From NCBI GenBank assembly GCA_040954595.2, contig CM082594.2, positions 9,738,296 through 9,802,295 on the forward strand: DNA of 64,000 nt. The letters run 5' to 3'. The DNA is from Balanoglossus misakiensis. Taxonomy: Eukaryota > Animalia > Hemichordata. Under the pieces are notes generated by a model. The model did not search any database. It was not told where the DNA came from and saw nothing but the letters and a program-made list of their open reading frames with translations. Positions 13,501 to 24,950 of the stretch are shown piece after piece. The stretch's first letter is position 1; every line of letters starts with the position of its first letter. The position numbers were made by a program, and so were the translations under genes.

Positions 13501-16500
13501 AATTCAAACTAATAATAATGTCCATTGATTCAAAACTGTTCTTCAGTCCCTCATTTCTACTAACATTTTTAACCCCAAACCCTAATCCTTTCCTGGAATT
13601 TTACAAAGGTAGGTTTGCCCGTTAGGTGTAGTGTACAATGCACTGTGATGTATTCCTGTAACTTGAAGTATGTAATTGAAAAATGTGCAAACCAACTTGC
13701 CATGTTCTGATACTGCACAGTGTATTGTGCAATGTCATTTCTAAGCATCTTTGGGATGTCAGTAAAACATGGCAAGCTGTTTTGTGCGATTGTAAATGTA
13801 TGGTGTTACTTGTGTCAGTGTCTGGAAATGCAAAATCGTTAACACAAAGTCAAAGGCATCATAACTGATCATGATTACTCAGCGTTTTTGGGTGAAATGC
13901 ATTTCTTGTTTCTGAATCATTCTGAACTGTTTCACCCCTTTTCTCTGTACTTGAAGTCCAGCTATTCCACTAAATACAATAGGTGTGATCAAACCAGTAT
14001 ATACTCGGTCCTAATAACGAATCTTAACTTCTGACCTACCCTCTCTTTCCAACCACACCCTCCTTCCTCTACCAAATCCTTAATCATTCCCAAATCACCT
14101 AATCCTTCCTTAACTCACACCTCACTTCTATAACCACATAATCACAATGTATCCCAGCCAGATAAAAAAAATGTCCCCTCCTATCCCTAACTTATTAAAT
14201 GGGCTTTAAAGGAAGTAACCACCAAAATTCTGGGAATCTTGTATATTTCCCATACTCCCTACACTCCTGGTGATAAGGTACTTCTTAAATTCTTTGTAAT
14301 GGTCTATTTACCTATTTGTTTCTTCTCTTCTCTCTTTTTCCCCGTTCATTCATTCATTCTTTCATTATTTGTACATTTTGTTTCACCGTTAATTAACTCT
14401 CACCAATCATAGCATTCATTAAATCAGTCGCAAAATACACTCCACCATTCACGGATTCACTTTCAGCCAATGACGTCACTAACGAGGCCGGGTTCCGTGG
14501 CTGTATGAAGAATATGTACCTGGGGAATCAGAGAGTGGATTTCTTGGAGCTTCTCAGAAACGGCATCACTGGCGCAGTGGTTAATAACGTCCACGTTGAC
14601 ACTTGCGGCATTGTCGACAGGTATGTTGAGCAGTTGTCATTAATGGTCTAAGTACTGCAGCTAAATGTGTGATCGCTGCCACCTGAGATATAGTGGAAAC
14701 TTGACTGCAGTGGCCACTTTTTTTTGCATTACAAAACATGAGTTGCGGAAAATTTGGACTGCAAACTAGACAAGCTTCTGCCCTCTAGGGATGATGATGT
14801 GATGGTCATTTATTTTTTCATTCAATGTAATATAGGTGCACACCAGATCCATGTGAACATGGAGGCGTGTGCCGTCAAAACTGGGATGACTTTCTGTGTG
14901 ATTGCTCTAATACTGGATATGGGGGTTCCGTGTGTCATACATGTAAGTATTGAGTTTGTGACTTTATAGAATTTTATGTTCTGTGTATGTTCAGTTACTG
15001 AAGCTTTTTGCAAATCTTCTCGAGTCACCCAGTTAAATCCCATGGACTTTTTTTTCCTTTGCAGCCAACTATGAGAGATCCTGTGAAGTCTACAAGCAGC
15101 TTGGAAGAAACACTGGCACATATTACATCGATCCAGATCTTAGTGGTCCATTGGATCCATTTGTTGTCAGATGCGATATGGGACAAGGTGAGATACATGA
15201 AAATTGCACAGGGACTGTACAAAGTGGCCACTACATAGAGGTTGCCACTAACACAGGCTTGACTGTACAAAGTCCACCGATTGTTAGTCTGGTACCCCTC
15301 ACCCATGCGTCCTATGCTAGCTATATTACCCTTGCTTGTACATTCAAATCTTGTGTTCCTGTATCTCTGCCTGTGCACACCAGGTCTTCAAGATTTGGCC
15401 ATCACTGAAGTCAGCCATGACAGTGAAGGGGAGATGGAGGTCAGTAATTATGAACTTCCGGGATCTTATCGTCATGACGTCGACTACAATGGAGTCAGTG
15501 TGGATGACATCGGTGCCATGATCGACTATTCCACGGAGTGCAGTCAGTTTATCCAGTACCGGTGCCGGAACTCCAGACTTCTCAATGCCCTGTGTAAGTT
15601 GAAATAACTGGATTCTCACAAAGGAATTTAGCATCTCAATTTCATGACAGTGTCTTATGAATAGATACATATCTCATATATTTCCATGGGAACATATATC
15701 ACTGTTCAAATCTGTACAATATTAATATTCATATTCTCTTCATTTTTCTTTTTTTTTGATAAAGCTGTTGAAGATCCGTATGGCTGGTGGGTTGGACGTA
15801 CCAATGAAAAGATGGTGTACTGGGGTGGAGCTGGTCCAGGTACCAAGAAGGTAGGAATATACAAACTTTTTTATTTCTCTGAAAAACTGTACACAACTGG
15901 TTTCTCTTAAGATGTCACAAAGATTTCACCCAGTGTTGTATAACTTTCCATTAAGTCCTAGGTGTAAAATGTTCACCTGTACGGTAGAAAATAATACCAA
16001 TCTTTCTCCTTGCTTTATGCAGTGTGACTGTGGCATTAAATTGGATTGCACACCTAACAATTACTGGTGCAACTGTGACGCAGGCTCCAATTCTGAGGCA
16101 ATTGATTCTGGAGATCTTGTGGACAAGGAATATCTCCCAGTCATTCAGCTTCGATTTGGAGATACCGTTGGAGCCAACTCTTATGGTTTTCATCAACTTG
16201 GAGAACTGAAATGCAAGGGTGATGGTGAGTTGTGTCTGCTGGTTTCTTAATCTTTTAATCTTTTCATTCTTGTATAATGATCCAGTCTCTTCATCGATGA
16301 CAGTCAACAAAACACAACCAGGGATTCTTCAGTGTTACCTGGTCCAAAACAACATACATGTATGCACCGGTACATGCCTGACCATCTGTTACATGTATTC
16401 ATTTCCAGTGACTCTCGACAACATGGCGACTTTCCGTTCAGAACAAGCTCACCTTCGCTTCCCGACATTCAGCGGTCAGATATCTGGCGATGCGGTGTTT

Positions 16501-18891
16501 GAATTCAAAACAACAGCTGACAGTGGTGTATTCCTTTACAACAGGGGTGACGTCGACTACGTCAGAGTTGAACTTCTGTGTAAGTAGAAAGAGTGATCAA
16601 CTTCACCATTTTTACTTAGTAATCTTTGTAAGTGTTGTTGTGTGAGATGTACGTGTATCATAACATCTTATTTTGTTATTCACTCAGCTGCCAACGTAGT
16701 TCAGTTCAGTTACAACGTCGGTAACGGTCGAGTGGAACTGAAGAGTGAAAGTAACTCGCCACTGAACGACAACAATTGGCATTCTGTTAAAGTCTCGCGT
16801 AACATGAAGGAGGCCATGTTGCAAGTGGATACAGGCAGCCCTGTTGTCATGGCTGCGCAGAAGGGTCACTATAAGCTCAACCTCAATGGATACTTATACA
16901 TTGGTAAGTCGTGTGACAAATAATTTGTGCTTTGGTATTTGTGTATTGGCTCTGCCAAGTATCTATTCTGGTACAAAATTGTGCATATACTGAAGAGCTC
17001 TGTTTAGCTACACTCGGAAAATTCATCCATGGAAAATAAACTTGATTTCTCTTTAATCACAGGCGCTACTGATGTAAGCACGGATGGATATGTGGGATGC
17101 ATGCGTGCCTTGATGGTGAACGGAGAAATAATGGATCTGGCCGGAACAGCCAGCATCACTTATGGAGTGAGTCCCGGATGCACAGGCCGCTGTGACAGTA
17201 ATCCGTGTTACAACGATGGAGTCTGCATCGAGGAATATTCCGGCTTCAAGTGTAACTGCTCAATGACGGCGTTTGATGGTCCCATCTGTGCCACAGGTAT
17301 GCGACAATTGGTAGAGTCCACAGTAATACAAAACTTGTATCGCCTCCACATCCTCACAGTCTGGCAAATAAAATAAGAAATTTATTTCAAAAATTGATAG
17401 AATTATGAAATTGTGAGACAACTTGACATGTCCCAATAAATAAGAGGAGACAGAATGGTTTTCATTGAGTCTAATGAATGTTTTCCGTCCTTGTACCATA
17501 ATTACAGAGGTTGGTGCTGATCTGGAGGCTAACAGTCGGATCCGCTACACATTCCTGGTGTCTGAATCCATTGATTCCAGCAGGGAAGACATCCGGGTGG
17601 GATTTGTGACCAACTCCAAGCAGGGAACATTGGTTCGGGTTCAAAGTTCAGATTTCGGTGACTACTTGGCTGTCAGTCTGAATAATGAAGGTAAATATAT
17701 AAATTAAGATTGGGAAAGTTTTGTTGCTGTAAATTTTTTATCTTTTCACCAACAATTTGAATGAAAAATCTTTTATTGGTGGCCATATTACATGTTTTAG
17801 ACTTGGAGAAATTTAACCTTTTTCACATATTCACTTTTTTATTTTTAGGTAACATTGTTGTGTCATTTAACCTTGGTGATGGCGACAGAGAAGTCATTAA
17901 CCCTGAGAACTTTGCTGACGGTCTCTTTCATGACTTGTCCGTCCTTCGAGATGGTTCTCAAGTTGTTATCAAAGTGGACACTTATGGTATAGTCACAGAA
18001 ATTTTCGCCGGTCTCCTCCAAACACAGCTGAACTCTCCACGTTTCCTGTATATTGGTCGTTATGGTAAGCATATCAAATTTTTATGATTGTGATACATTA
18101 GTATTCAGGCCATATTATTGTACTGTATTTAAATCTGATTCCACCATTCCGTCTGTTTGCAAATATGGATGTGATTCTAAGCCAATTCCTTCCTTTCCAG
18201 ACGACACTACTCCTGCATTCCGTGGCTGTATCTCTCGAGTCTCCTTCAACGACATCCACCCTTTGAAGAAAGCATTTGAAGAACCCCGACCAAACAACGT
18301 TTTACTAGAAAGTGTCTCAGAATCAATGTGTGGTGTGGAGCCCTCAACACTGCCCCCAACAACCAGGGAACCTTACCCACCAAGTGGACCAGGCCCTACA
18401 CTGAATGTATCCAGTATGTTCCCAGAGACAGGAGCTCAGAAGTCGTACAATAACGATGGCGCTGTCATTGGCTGTAAGTTAATATTCAGTGGGCTTGACT
18501 TTTTACCCATGATGCAACATCCAATATGGCAGTCTATTGGTATACTACAGTATTCTAGTAGTCCAAGTTTAACGTGATTTTTACACTGATAAAGCATTAG
18601 ATTTAATCACAATACTCACCGCAGTATATCCTCAAAAGAAGATGGTGCAGATTCTGGACAGTGGTGTCAAAATAATGTCTCTAATGAAAATATCACTACT
18701 TTTTTGCAGGCGTTGTTGCAGTTCTCATATTTGCCATCATAGTTCTCTTGGTTGTGATTGGTCGATACATTGCCCGACACAAGGGCTCATACAACACAAA
18801 TGAAGCAAAAGGAGCAGAGTCCGCATCCGATGCCGACGCGGCTGTCAGGCAACAACCACAAGTGGAAAAGAAGAAAGAGTGGTTCATCTAA
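7502..18891 (+). CDS. CNTNAP2: Contactin-associated protein (CASPR2-like / neurexin IV), 5'-partial: signal-peptide exon not located
   Basis: 20 GT-AG exons join in phase (~1253 codons): 7502-7633, 11108-11301, 11440-11581, 11770-11979, 12149-12327, 12742-12989, 13101-13399, 14467-14620, 14836-14942, 15065-15187, 15384-15593, 15765-15850, 16023-16224, 16409-16579, 16688-16903, 17063-17296, 17508-17690, 17849-18064, 18201-18473, 18710-18891. Domain order is F5/8C discoidin ([29 protein letters not shown]), LamG, LamG, EGF ([12 protein letters not shown]), fibrinogen-like ([14 protein letters not shown]), LamG, EGF, LamG, P/T stalk, TM, 4.1-binding [13 protein letters not shown] tail KKKEWFI*. 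The symbol is the closest vertebrate family member; one-to-one orthology is not shown. Confidence 0.93.
10835..10861 (+). repeat. (GGGGT)n run with G-quadruplex-forming potential, in a CNTNAP intron
   Basis: GGGGGTGGGGTGGGGTGGGGTGGGGGT: five G-tracts with 1-nt loops. Confidence 0.7.
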
Positions 18892-21233
18892 ACACAGAGC
18901 TGTACTCAGCAAGTTTCGGTCGGCTTTTCTGTGTGTGGTTGTTTTTCCAGAAAATAAAAAGTGAACTGGTGTGCAAGACACGGATGGGTGTTAGAACTTT
19001 GTGAAGCTGAGATTGAGAAAGCACATGTTGCCTCACTCAGTAAACTGAAAACAAGAAACCCATTTTGTCTCAAGTCTTAGCAGCCACACTCCATTTTCTT
19101 GCTTGATAATCGGTCCCCATCCCCTCTTCACCTGGCAGACAGAAAAGTTGGTGAAACAATCTCAGCCGTAGAAACTTCACAGCCCAACAATTTAGATCGA
19201 GTAGAGTTCTATGCCACTGTACCGATCTGTGAAACTTTGTAGATTGCAAGGATGTTAGTTTTAATCATGAAAATATCATCGTTTTAAAGTTTGATGAACA
19301 TAATCGAAATGACTGCCTATTTTCCTTGAGCATTTCTAACTTTATCATGCCTTTTTTAAATATTAACCGAGCATTAATGAATTTAAAAAAAAGTTTTCTA
19401 GCAATTGTTTTTCTTTTATGCAAGATCTTGACGATGGATTTAAAGCATGTATATTATCATTTTCTACTAAATATCTTGTTTCAGTATTTCATCAGACGTG
19501 TACATTAGTAAGATATTGATTGTAAAGAGGTAAGGTCAGAGGTCAAAGTTTAAAGTTCAGATGTTATAACTTATTCTTCTCCTTGTAAACTATCCACTGC
19601 TTTGGGACTTGTATTCATAGCAAAGTCTTTTTAAACTTTGAATATTTTATACAGAAAGACAAGAAAACTAAAAAAGAGAGCTTTATGAATTAACTACAAG
19701 GTCCGTAGTGTAGGATAGGGTTTTAATTTGCGTGTTTGGACATTTTTTGAGTTTCGTAGAATTTTCGACAAATTGTAAGTACTGTAACAGGTTTGTAGAT
19801 ATATGATGGCAGAATTATAGAAGTGGGATCATTATCATATTGCCTTTCCAAAGTTTCTCTGGTTAAAAATTTCAAATCACTCAGGTGAACATTATTTTAG
19901 ATTTTTGAAGATGTACCCTATTGTTTCCTGTCATTAACACTAATTCTGTAAGCTTGCTTGCTGTGCTATTTTTTTGACTGGATCTTGAGTTGTTTTTGTT
20001 CGTCAGAATGGACCCGGATACTACTGATGTAAGTTTTCAATTGTCTTTGTCTGGCTTGTAAACAACTGTGCAATTTGGTCTGCCGGTTTTTCTATGTTGT
20101 ATATATGGACCATGGTACCCTGAATTATGTTTTGTTGCAAGCTGTGTTTGTCCGTGTCAAACAGAATTGTGTCAAGTATTAATATTTTTATGATTTTTTT
20201 AAATGTCTGTTTTACACATGGACTCGATTGAACGGTGCACTTTGTTCAATACACTGAGTATAATCATGAATTAACATGAGGTAGGGAGTTTATAGTTGTT
20301 GTTTCATCATCTATTTTAAGATTGCCGAAACTTTGTGGGGGTTCAAGTGAGTTAGATGTAATACAGTACAGAATTCAGTGAATTTTATTGGCGTTTTAGT
20401 TTTTTAGTCAAAATTGATGGTTTCAGAACAATTTTATAAAGCCGGGATATACGGCCACCCTGTCCTCATTACAATGCGTAATTTCTTTTTCCAATCCTCT
20501 CATTTGAAAGTACAATGTACAAGCATCAATTTGCAAGATAGACTGTATTTCAACACTATCCCATGTCTCTCCGTGCAACACGACTTTCTTGAAAAGACCA
20601 GACATTTTGTCAGAGCTGAACATTTTCCAAACTTTTTCCCCAAACTTTTACTGATATGTTTTTGCACTGTGATTATTCTCAACAAATCAGACAATGGCCC
20701 CAGGTATATTTTTGTAATATAATTAAATTAAATGTCTGGCCTGTCTGATGTTTGACCGACATCACAGTGCAATAGCAAAATCATGATATTCATCAATGGT
20801 CACAACATGCACTCCCCTCTTTTTCCATGTGGTATAATCCATCTGGCAATAGAGAACAATGGGACTACTGCATTGTTAATGGATTTGTAGGGGTGATTTA
20901 GGTTCCTGTATTTTAGTCTGACTTAGTTAAACACTGATTACTTCATTGTACAGGAATTGTTTTGATGTTTAGAGTTAAAATGATTTTTACCCAGAAGACA
21001 ATGTTTCTATGGCTTTGTTGACTCCGAAGTTGCCATGTTTACAGTGTTGTTTCCATTTTGAATCAACCAATAAAATTCTAACACATCTAGTTTGAAAAGC
21101 TATTGTGTAGTGTTGTTTGTTACCCACTTTTATTTTGATTCCACACAAATATTGACCTGTGCTTGTATAAGCCACAGATGCAAGTCAACACACCCAAAAG
21201 TAATGTGTTTAGTTTCTAAAACCTGGTTTCAAG

Positions 21234-21239
21234 AATAAA
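21234..21239 (+). terminator. Candidate polyadenylation signal of the CNTNAP gene (alternative AATAAA at 21069)
   Basis: AATAAA at the end of a T-rich tract downstream of the stop codon, followed by GT/T-rich sequence and preceding the next promoter. Confidence 0.4.
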
Positions 21240-21638
21240 AGTGAACTAGTTATGGTTTCAATATTGGCTGCCCAATCCCACCTACAAGGAGCCTATAAAT
21301 TCACGGAAAGTATACGGTAGGTTCTGTTTGCATGATTTCATGTGTTTATTTGTTTGTTTCCCCAAAAAGAACGCCTATTTTGCCAGTGGCTAAGCGCGTG
21401 GCTTGGAGTGTGCACATACATTGATCATAGACAACAGGCTAGGCAGTGGTAAAATTCAAGTCTCGTTTCATCTCGTTCGAGATTTTAACCGATGTCATAG
21501 ATCAGACACAACATTACGATAATACGAGTACACCAATGTCAGATTGTCCCCACCACAACCCACGTATAGCGCATCGACAGCTTGTTGACATTATCAGACG
21601 ATTAAATACGAGTTTTCCCGAAAAAGTCTCGTCCTGAG

Positions 21639-21912
21639 CACGTGACTTAGTGTACCGGAAGTGAAGCTAAAGTACGTCGAGAAGGAGCTGGAAGGCGTAG
21701 TAGACAGTCTCCGATTTTATTTTATCTTACTTCAGACACGCAAGTCGTGTCTGTGTCTAAGCAGAATGTAGTCTGAGATCGGTCAACGCCTCGTGATTAT
21801 CCGAATATTATAGTTTGACACGGATTTCGTCGAATCGCTATCGCCCCTGGTGGAGGAGCATCAAGAACTGACCAGGCTGACAAGGCACCAGCAGCATCTT
21901 CGCACATTTCAG
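21639..21912 (+). promoter_or_regulatory. Promoter and non-coding first exon of the zinc-finger gene
   Basis: CpG-enriched region with an E-box CACGTGAC (21639-21646), an ETS site ACCGGAAGTG (21654-21663) and a donor CAG|GTAACT at 21912. A matching acceptor TTTTTTAG| opens the next exon at 22736, just before the ATG at 22770. Confidence 0.6.
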
Positions 21913-22769
21913 GTAACTGTCAAATTGTTGCGATTTTTTACAGTTTTGGGCCACACATTTTATGCAGACAAATAATTTGTTAAATATAATGTTTTCGGTT
22001 TCGCTGCTGATTGTAATGTTAGGCAACAAAATGATAACGGGGGCTCGTCGCCACTCGTGTTCATGTCTGACCTAGGGCCAGCTCATCGTCTATTTTTAGT
22101 ACGCGCATTACTCAAAATAACAGCGGGTGACGTGATTTCATTACATCAGGATTTTGTTTGCGTCCTGGTGCCGTTGACCCCCGCAGTGTTATTAGTAGAC
22201 AGATTTGTAATTCTGTCAGGGGAGGGGCGGTTGCAGGAGGGTGTGCTAAGGACAAGTTTTTCCTGGAAATGTAGTGTGAATGTGTTTGTTATTGTTTGCA
22301 TATAACGGGTGATTTATTCAAATGAGGTGGTTCATTATGTAATTGTAACAGAATAGCACAAGTCGAGTACAGCTTTGTTGATCAGCTAAGCGCAACACGG
22401 TTACGAATCGTCAACAAATACAGACGCTTTCGCTGATTATTCCGGCCACCTTATGTATCACTAGCGAGCTTTAGCTCTTCCATTATCAGTGGTCGCGCTT
22501 GTTTTTTTTATTTCCTTGGTCTCTAGCGGATTCAATGAAACCACAATGTGCATCCTCTGCTCTTTTGAGTGCCCTTTACCTAATTTGCATATCTTGATTA
22601 GGATGTTGGTTGCCCTAATTGTTTCCAAAATGCAACCTTTGATTCATGTGATGTTATTAATAATACTGGACATCTTGTTAGCTCTGTTTGTGTCTTCCTG
22701 TTGTATCATTTGTTTTTGTTTGTTTTCTTTTTTAGTAACTCAAGCTGTGGCTTGACTGAAAAGCAATCA

Positions 22770-24950
22770 ATGAAGAAACAATTGGCTGTCATGTCACAAC
22801 ACACTGCAGTTACAGAGGTAACGGTGATTGACTCCCACTTTGATAATTTCCGTGATTACATCGACATCATACAAGTGTATCAATGTCGGATTTGCGGCTA
22901 CCACAGTCCCCTGAGGCACGCCATCGCCAGTCACATGTCGGAAGTGCACTTTCCCAAGACCTGTTACCTCTGCCAGCTCTGTCAGTTCGTGTATGAAGAC
23001 AAAGCCCAACTACGACACCACATCACTACAACGCATGCAGCAGAGTGTTCAGATGAAGCCACCATCAACGCACCCAGCATCATCCTGCCTCCGGGGTTTG
23101 TCCCCAACGGTATTCCGTACGCTCAGCTCAGGCACTACGGAGACGCCACTGCACCCGTGGTTTTGGCCGGTCATGATAATAGACTGAGTGCAGGCGAACG
23201 AAGCAACATTCCTTGCGAGGGATTTCCAGTCAACAGTTTTGCAGCCAGTGATGCAGATTGTTCCGGCAGAGTAAACAAAAGCCATGCACATCAATCTATG
23301 TTTCACCCCGCAGAACGAGAGTACATCTCGCAGTCTGCCAGTAGCGTAGTTGAAAACAGCGCCATCAGTGTCAAGAAAGAACCCCCTCCAACGAAAGTAA
23401 GGCCAGCTGAACGTGAAAATGGAGAGTCCAATGTTGGGATCAGACGTCATGACAACCAGAATGACAATGACAGCTGTGACAAGAACTCAAAAAATCAGTT
23501 GAGCGGCAGTGGTAACAATTGTAGTGACAGCAAAGCTGCAGAGATGAACAACAGGATGTTGTTAGTGAATGGGGAACAGGAGAAGCCGATTAAGAAGGGG
23601 AAATCCAAGGTGCGTGGGAAGCCATCACTCAGTGCTGTCTTGACAAACCTGGCTGCTCAGCACACTCAAGCAGAGGTTGGTAACGGCCACAGTGATGGAA
23701 AAAGAGAGTCTCCTGCTCAAGATAGTTCCAGTTCAGAAGGTGATGCAGATAATGTGAGGAAGGAAGATGCAGAGAGAAAGTCAGTCCAGTCCAATTCGGG
23801 GTATTCATCGGCTCAAACCAGTAACGGAAGTCATTTCATGGCTGGACAGTACTTAACTTACAAGAGAGCTCATAGTGTAGGACTACCACCAAAAAAGATA
23901 AAATTGGAAATTATAGAAAATGGGAGCATGGCAACAGAGGAAAAAACTGGTGGGTCCAGGCACGATGGGCCGAGGCAGGATGGACCCAGGCATGATGGAC
24001 CGTACAATGCAGACGGTAGTTTTGATTATTATTCTTTGACTGGATGGAAGGCTTATCAGTGTGACTTGTGTAACAAAGGAAAGCGTGGTCGGAGAGTGTC
24101 CTTCAAGACTGCTCAAGAACTTGCAGAACACAGCTATTTTGTGCACGGCAAGCCCATTCCTCTACCGATGCCGACCACTGGTAATGTTCCGGTGGGCATG
24201 TACGGAGATACACCAAGCGGCATCCAACCAGACGGCCCGGTTCCCTTCGATGTGTATCACACACCGATACCGTGGCCACCACCGCCTACTCTACACAGCC
24301 ACGAGGAAACTCAAAGGAGAGCGGGTCAGAGACCCATGCCTGTCTTGGATCTCTCAGTGCCGGTGAGTCTGAGCAGCACAGAAGGTGGTAGTGATGTCAA
24401 CGGCGAGGAAAACAACATCTCTGATGAGAGGAACAATCATGGGCCAGGCCACGAGGATGATGAGGACACTCACAGTGATGACAGCCGATCTACTGTTCCG
24501 GCAAACGATGCAATGAGATTCATGGCCTACAGCAGTGACAACAGTGACAGAAACGATCAGATGGATTTCCCTGCAGACTACCATCCACAGTCTCTAGATT
24601 CGACGTACATGGGGCACAAAGTTCGCAAGACATTCTCGTCAAGATTAGCCGCCTTGCAGCGCGGGGAGATTTCTCGGAAGAAAGATCCCAAATTTGACGA
24701 GGCGGTCATCAAAAGCAGCTACAACGCGGACGGCAGTTTTGACTATTTCTCGCTGACCGGCTGGAAGGCGTACAAGTGTGAGCTCTGCAAGAAGAGGCGG
24801 TTCAAGACAGCGACCGAACTGGCGGAACACAAGCGAGCCATGCACCCAGGAATGGAAATCAACGGCGAGTCAGCTGTCCCACTGGAAGAGAAGACTTCTG
24901 CAGGTGACATCGACAAACCTCAAACATCGGAAGCTGAGGGTGCTGGTTGA
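22770..24950 (+). CDS. C2H2 zinc-finger protein (~726 aa, four fingers), probable transcriptional regulator
   Basis: Uninterrupted ORF, with the first ATG after the 22736 acceptor. Fingers: YQCRICGYHSPLRHAIASHMSEVH, YLCQLCQFVYEDKAQLRHHITTTH, YQCDLC..FKTAQELAEHSYFVH and YKCELCKKRRFKTATELAEHKRAMH. Low-complexity linkers and basic NLS-like stretches (KPIKKGKSKVRGK, PPKKIK). Confidence 0.88.
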   Translation: MKKQLAVMSQHTAVTEVTVIDSHFDNFRDYIDIIQVYQCRICGYHSPLRHAIASHMSEVHFPKTCYLCQLCQFVYEDKAQLRHHITTTHAAECSDEATINAPSIILPPGFVPNGIPYAQLRHYGDATAPVVLAGHDNRLSAGERSNIPCEGFPVNSFAASDADCSGRVNKSHAHQSMFHPAEREYISQSASSVVENSAISVKKEPPPTKVRPAERENGESNVGIRRHDNQNDNDSCDKNSKNQLSGSGNNCSDSKAAEMNNRMLLVNGEQEKPIKKGKSKVRGKPSLSAVLTNLAAQHTQAEVGNGHSDGKRESPAQDSSSSEGDADNVRKEDAERKSVQSNSGYSSAQTSNGSHFMAGQYLTYKRAHSVGLPPKKIKLEIIENGSMATEEKTGGSRHDGPRQDGPRHDGPYNADGSFDYYSLTGWKAYQCDLCNKGKRGRRVSFKTAQELAEHSYFVHGKPIPLPMPTTGNVPVGMYGDTPSGIQPDGPVPFDVYHTPIPWPPPPTLHSHEETQRRAGQRPMPVLDLSVPVSLSSTEGGSDVNGEENNISDERNNHGPGHEDDEDTHSDDSRSTVPANDAMRFMAYSSDNSDRNDQMDFPADYHPQSLDSTYMGHKVRKTFSSRLAALQRGEISRKKDPKFDEAVIKSSYNADGSFDYFSLTGWKAYKCELCKKRRFKTATELAEHKRAMHPGMEINGESAVPLEEKTSAGDIDKPQTSEAEGAG

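Noticed and set aside
22701-22769. N-terminal extension of the 749-aa ORF (MYHLFLFVFFFS..)
   Set aside because: It begins at TTG inside the polypyrimidine tract of the splice acceptor at 22735; the real start is probably the ATG at 22770.
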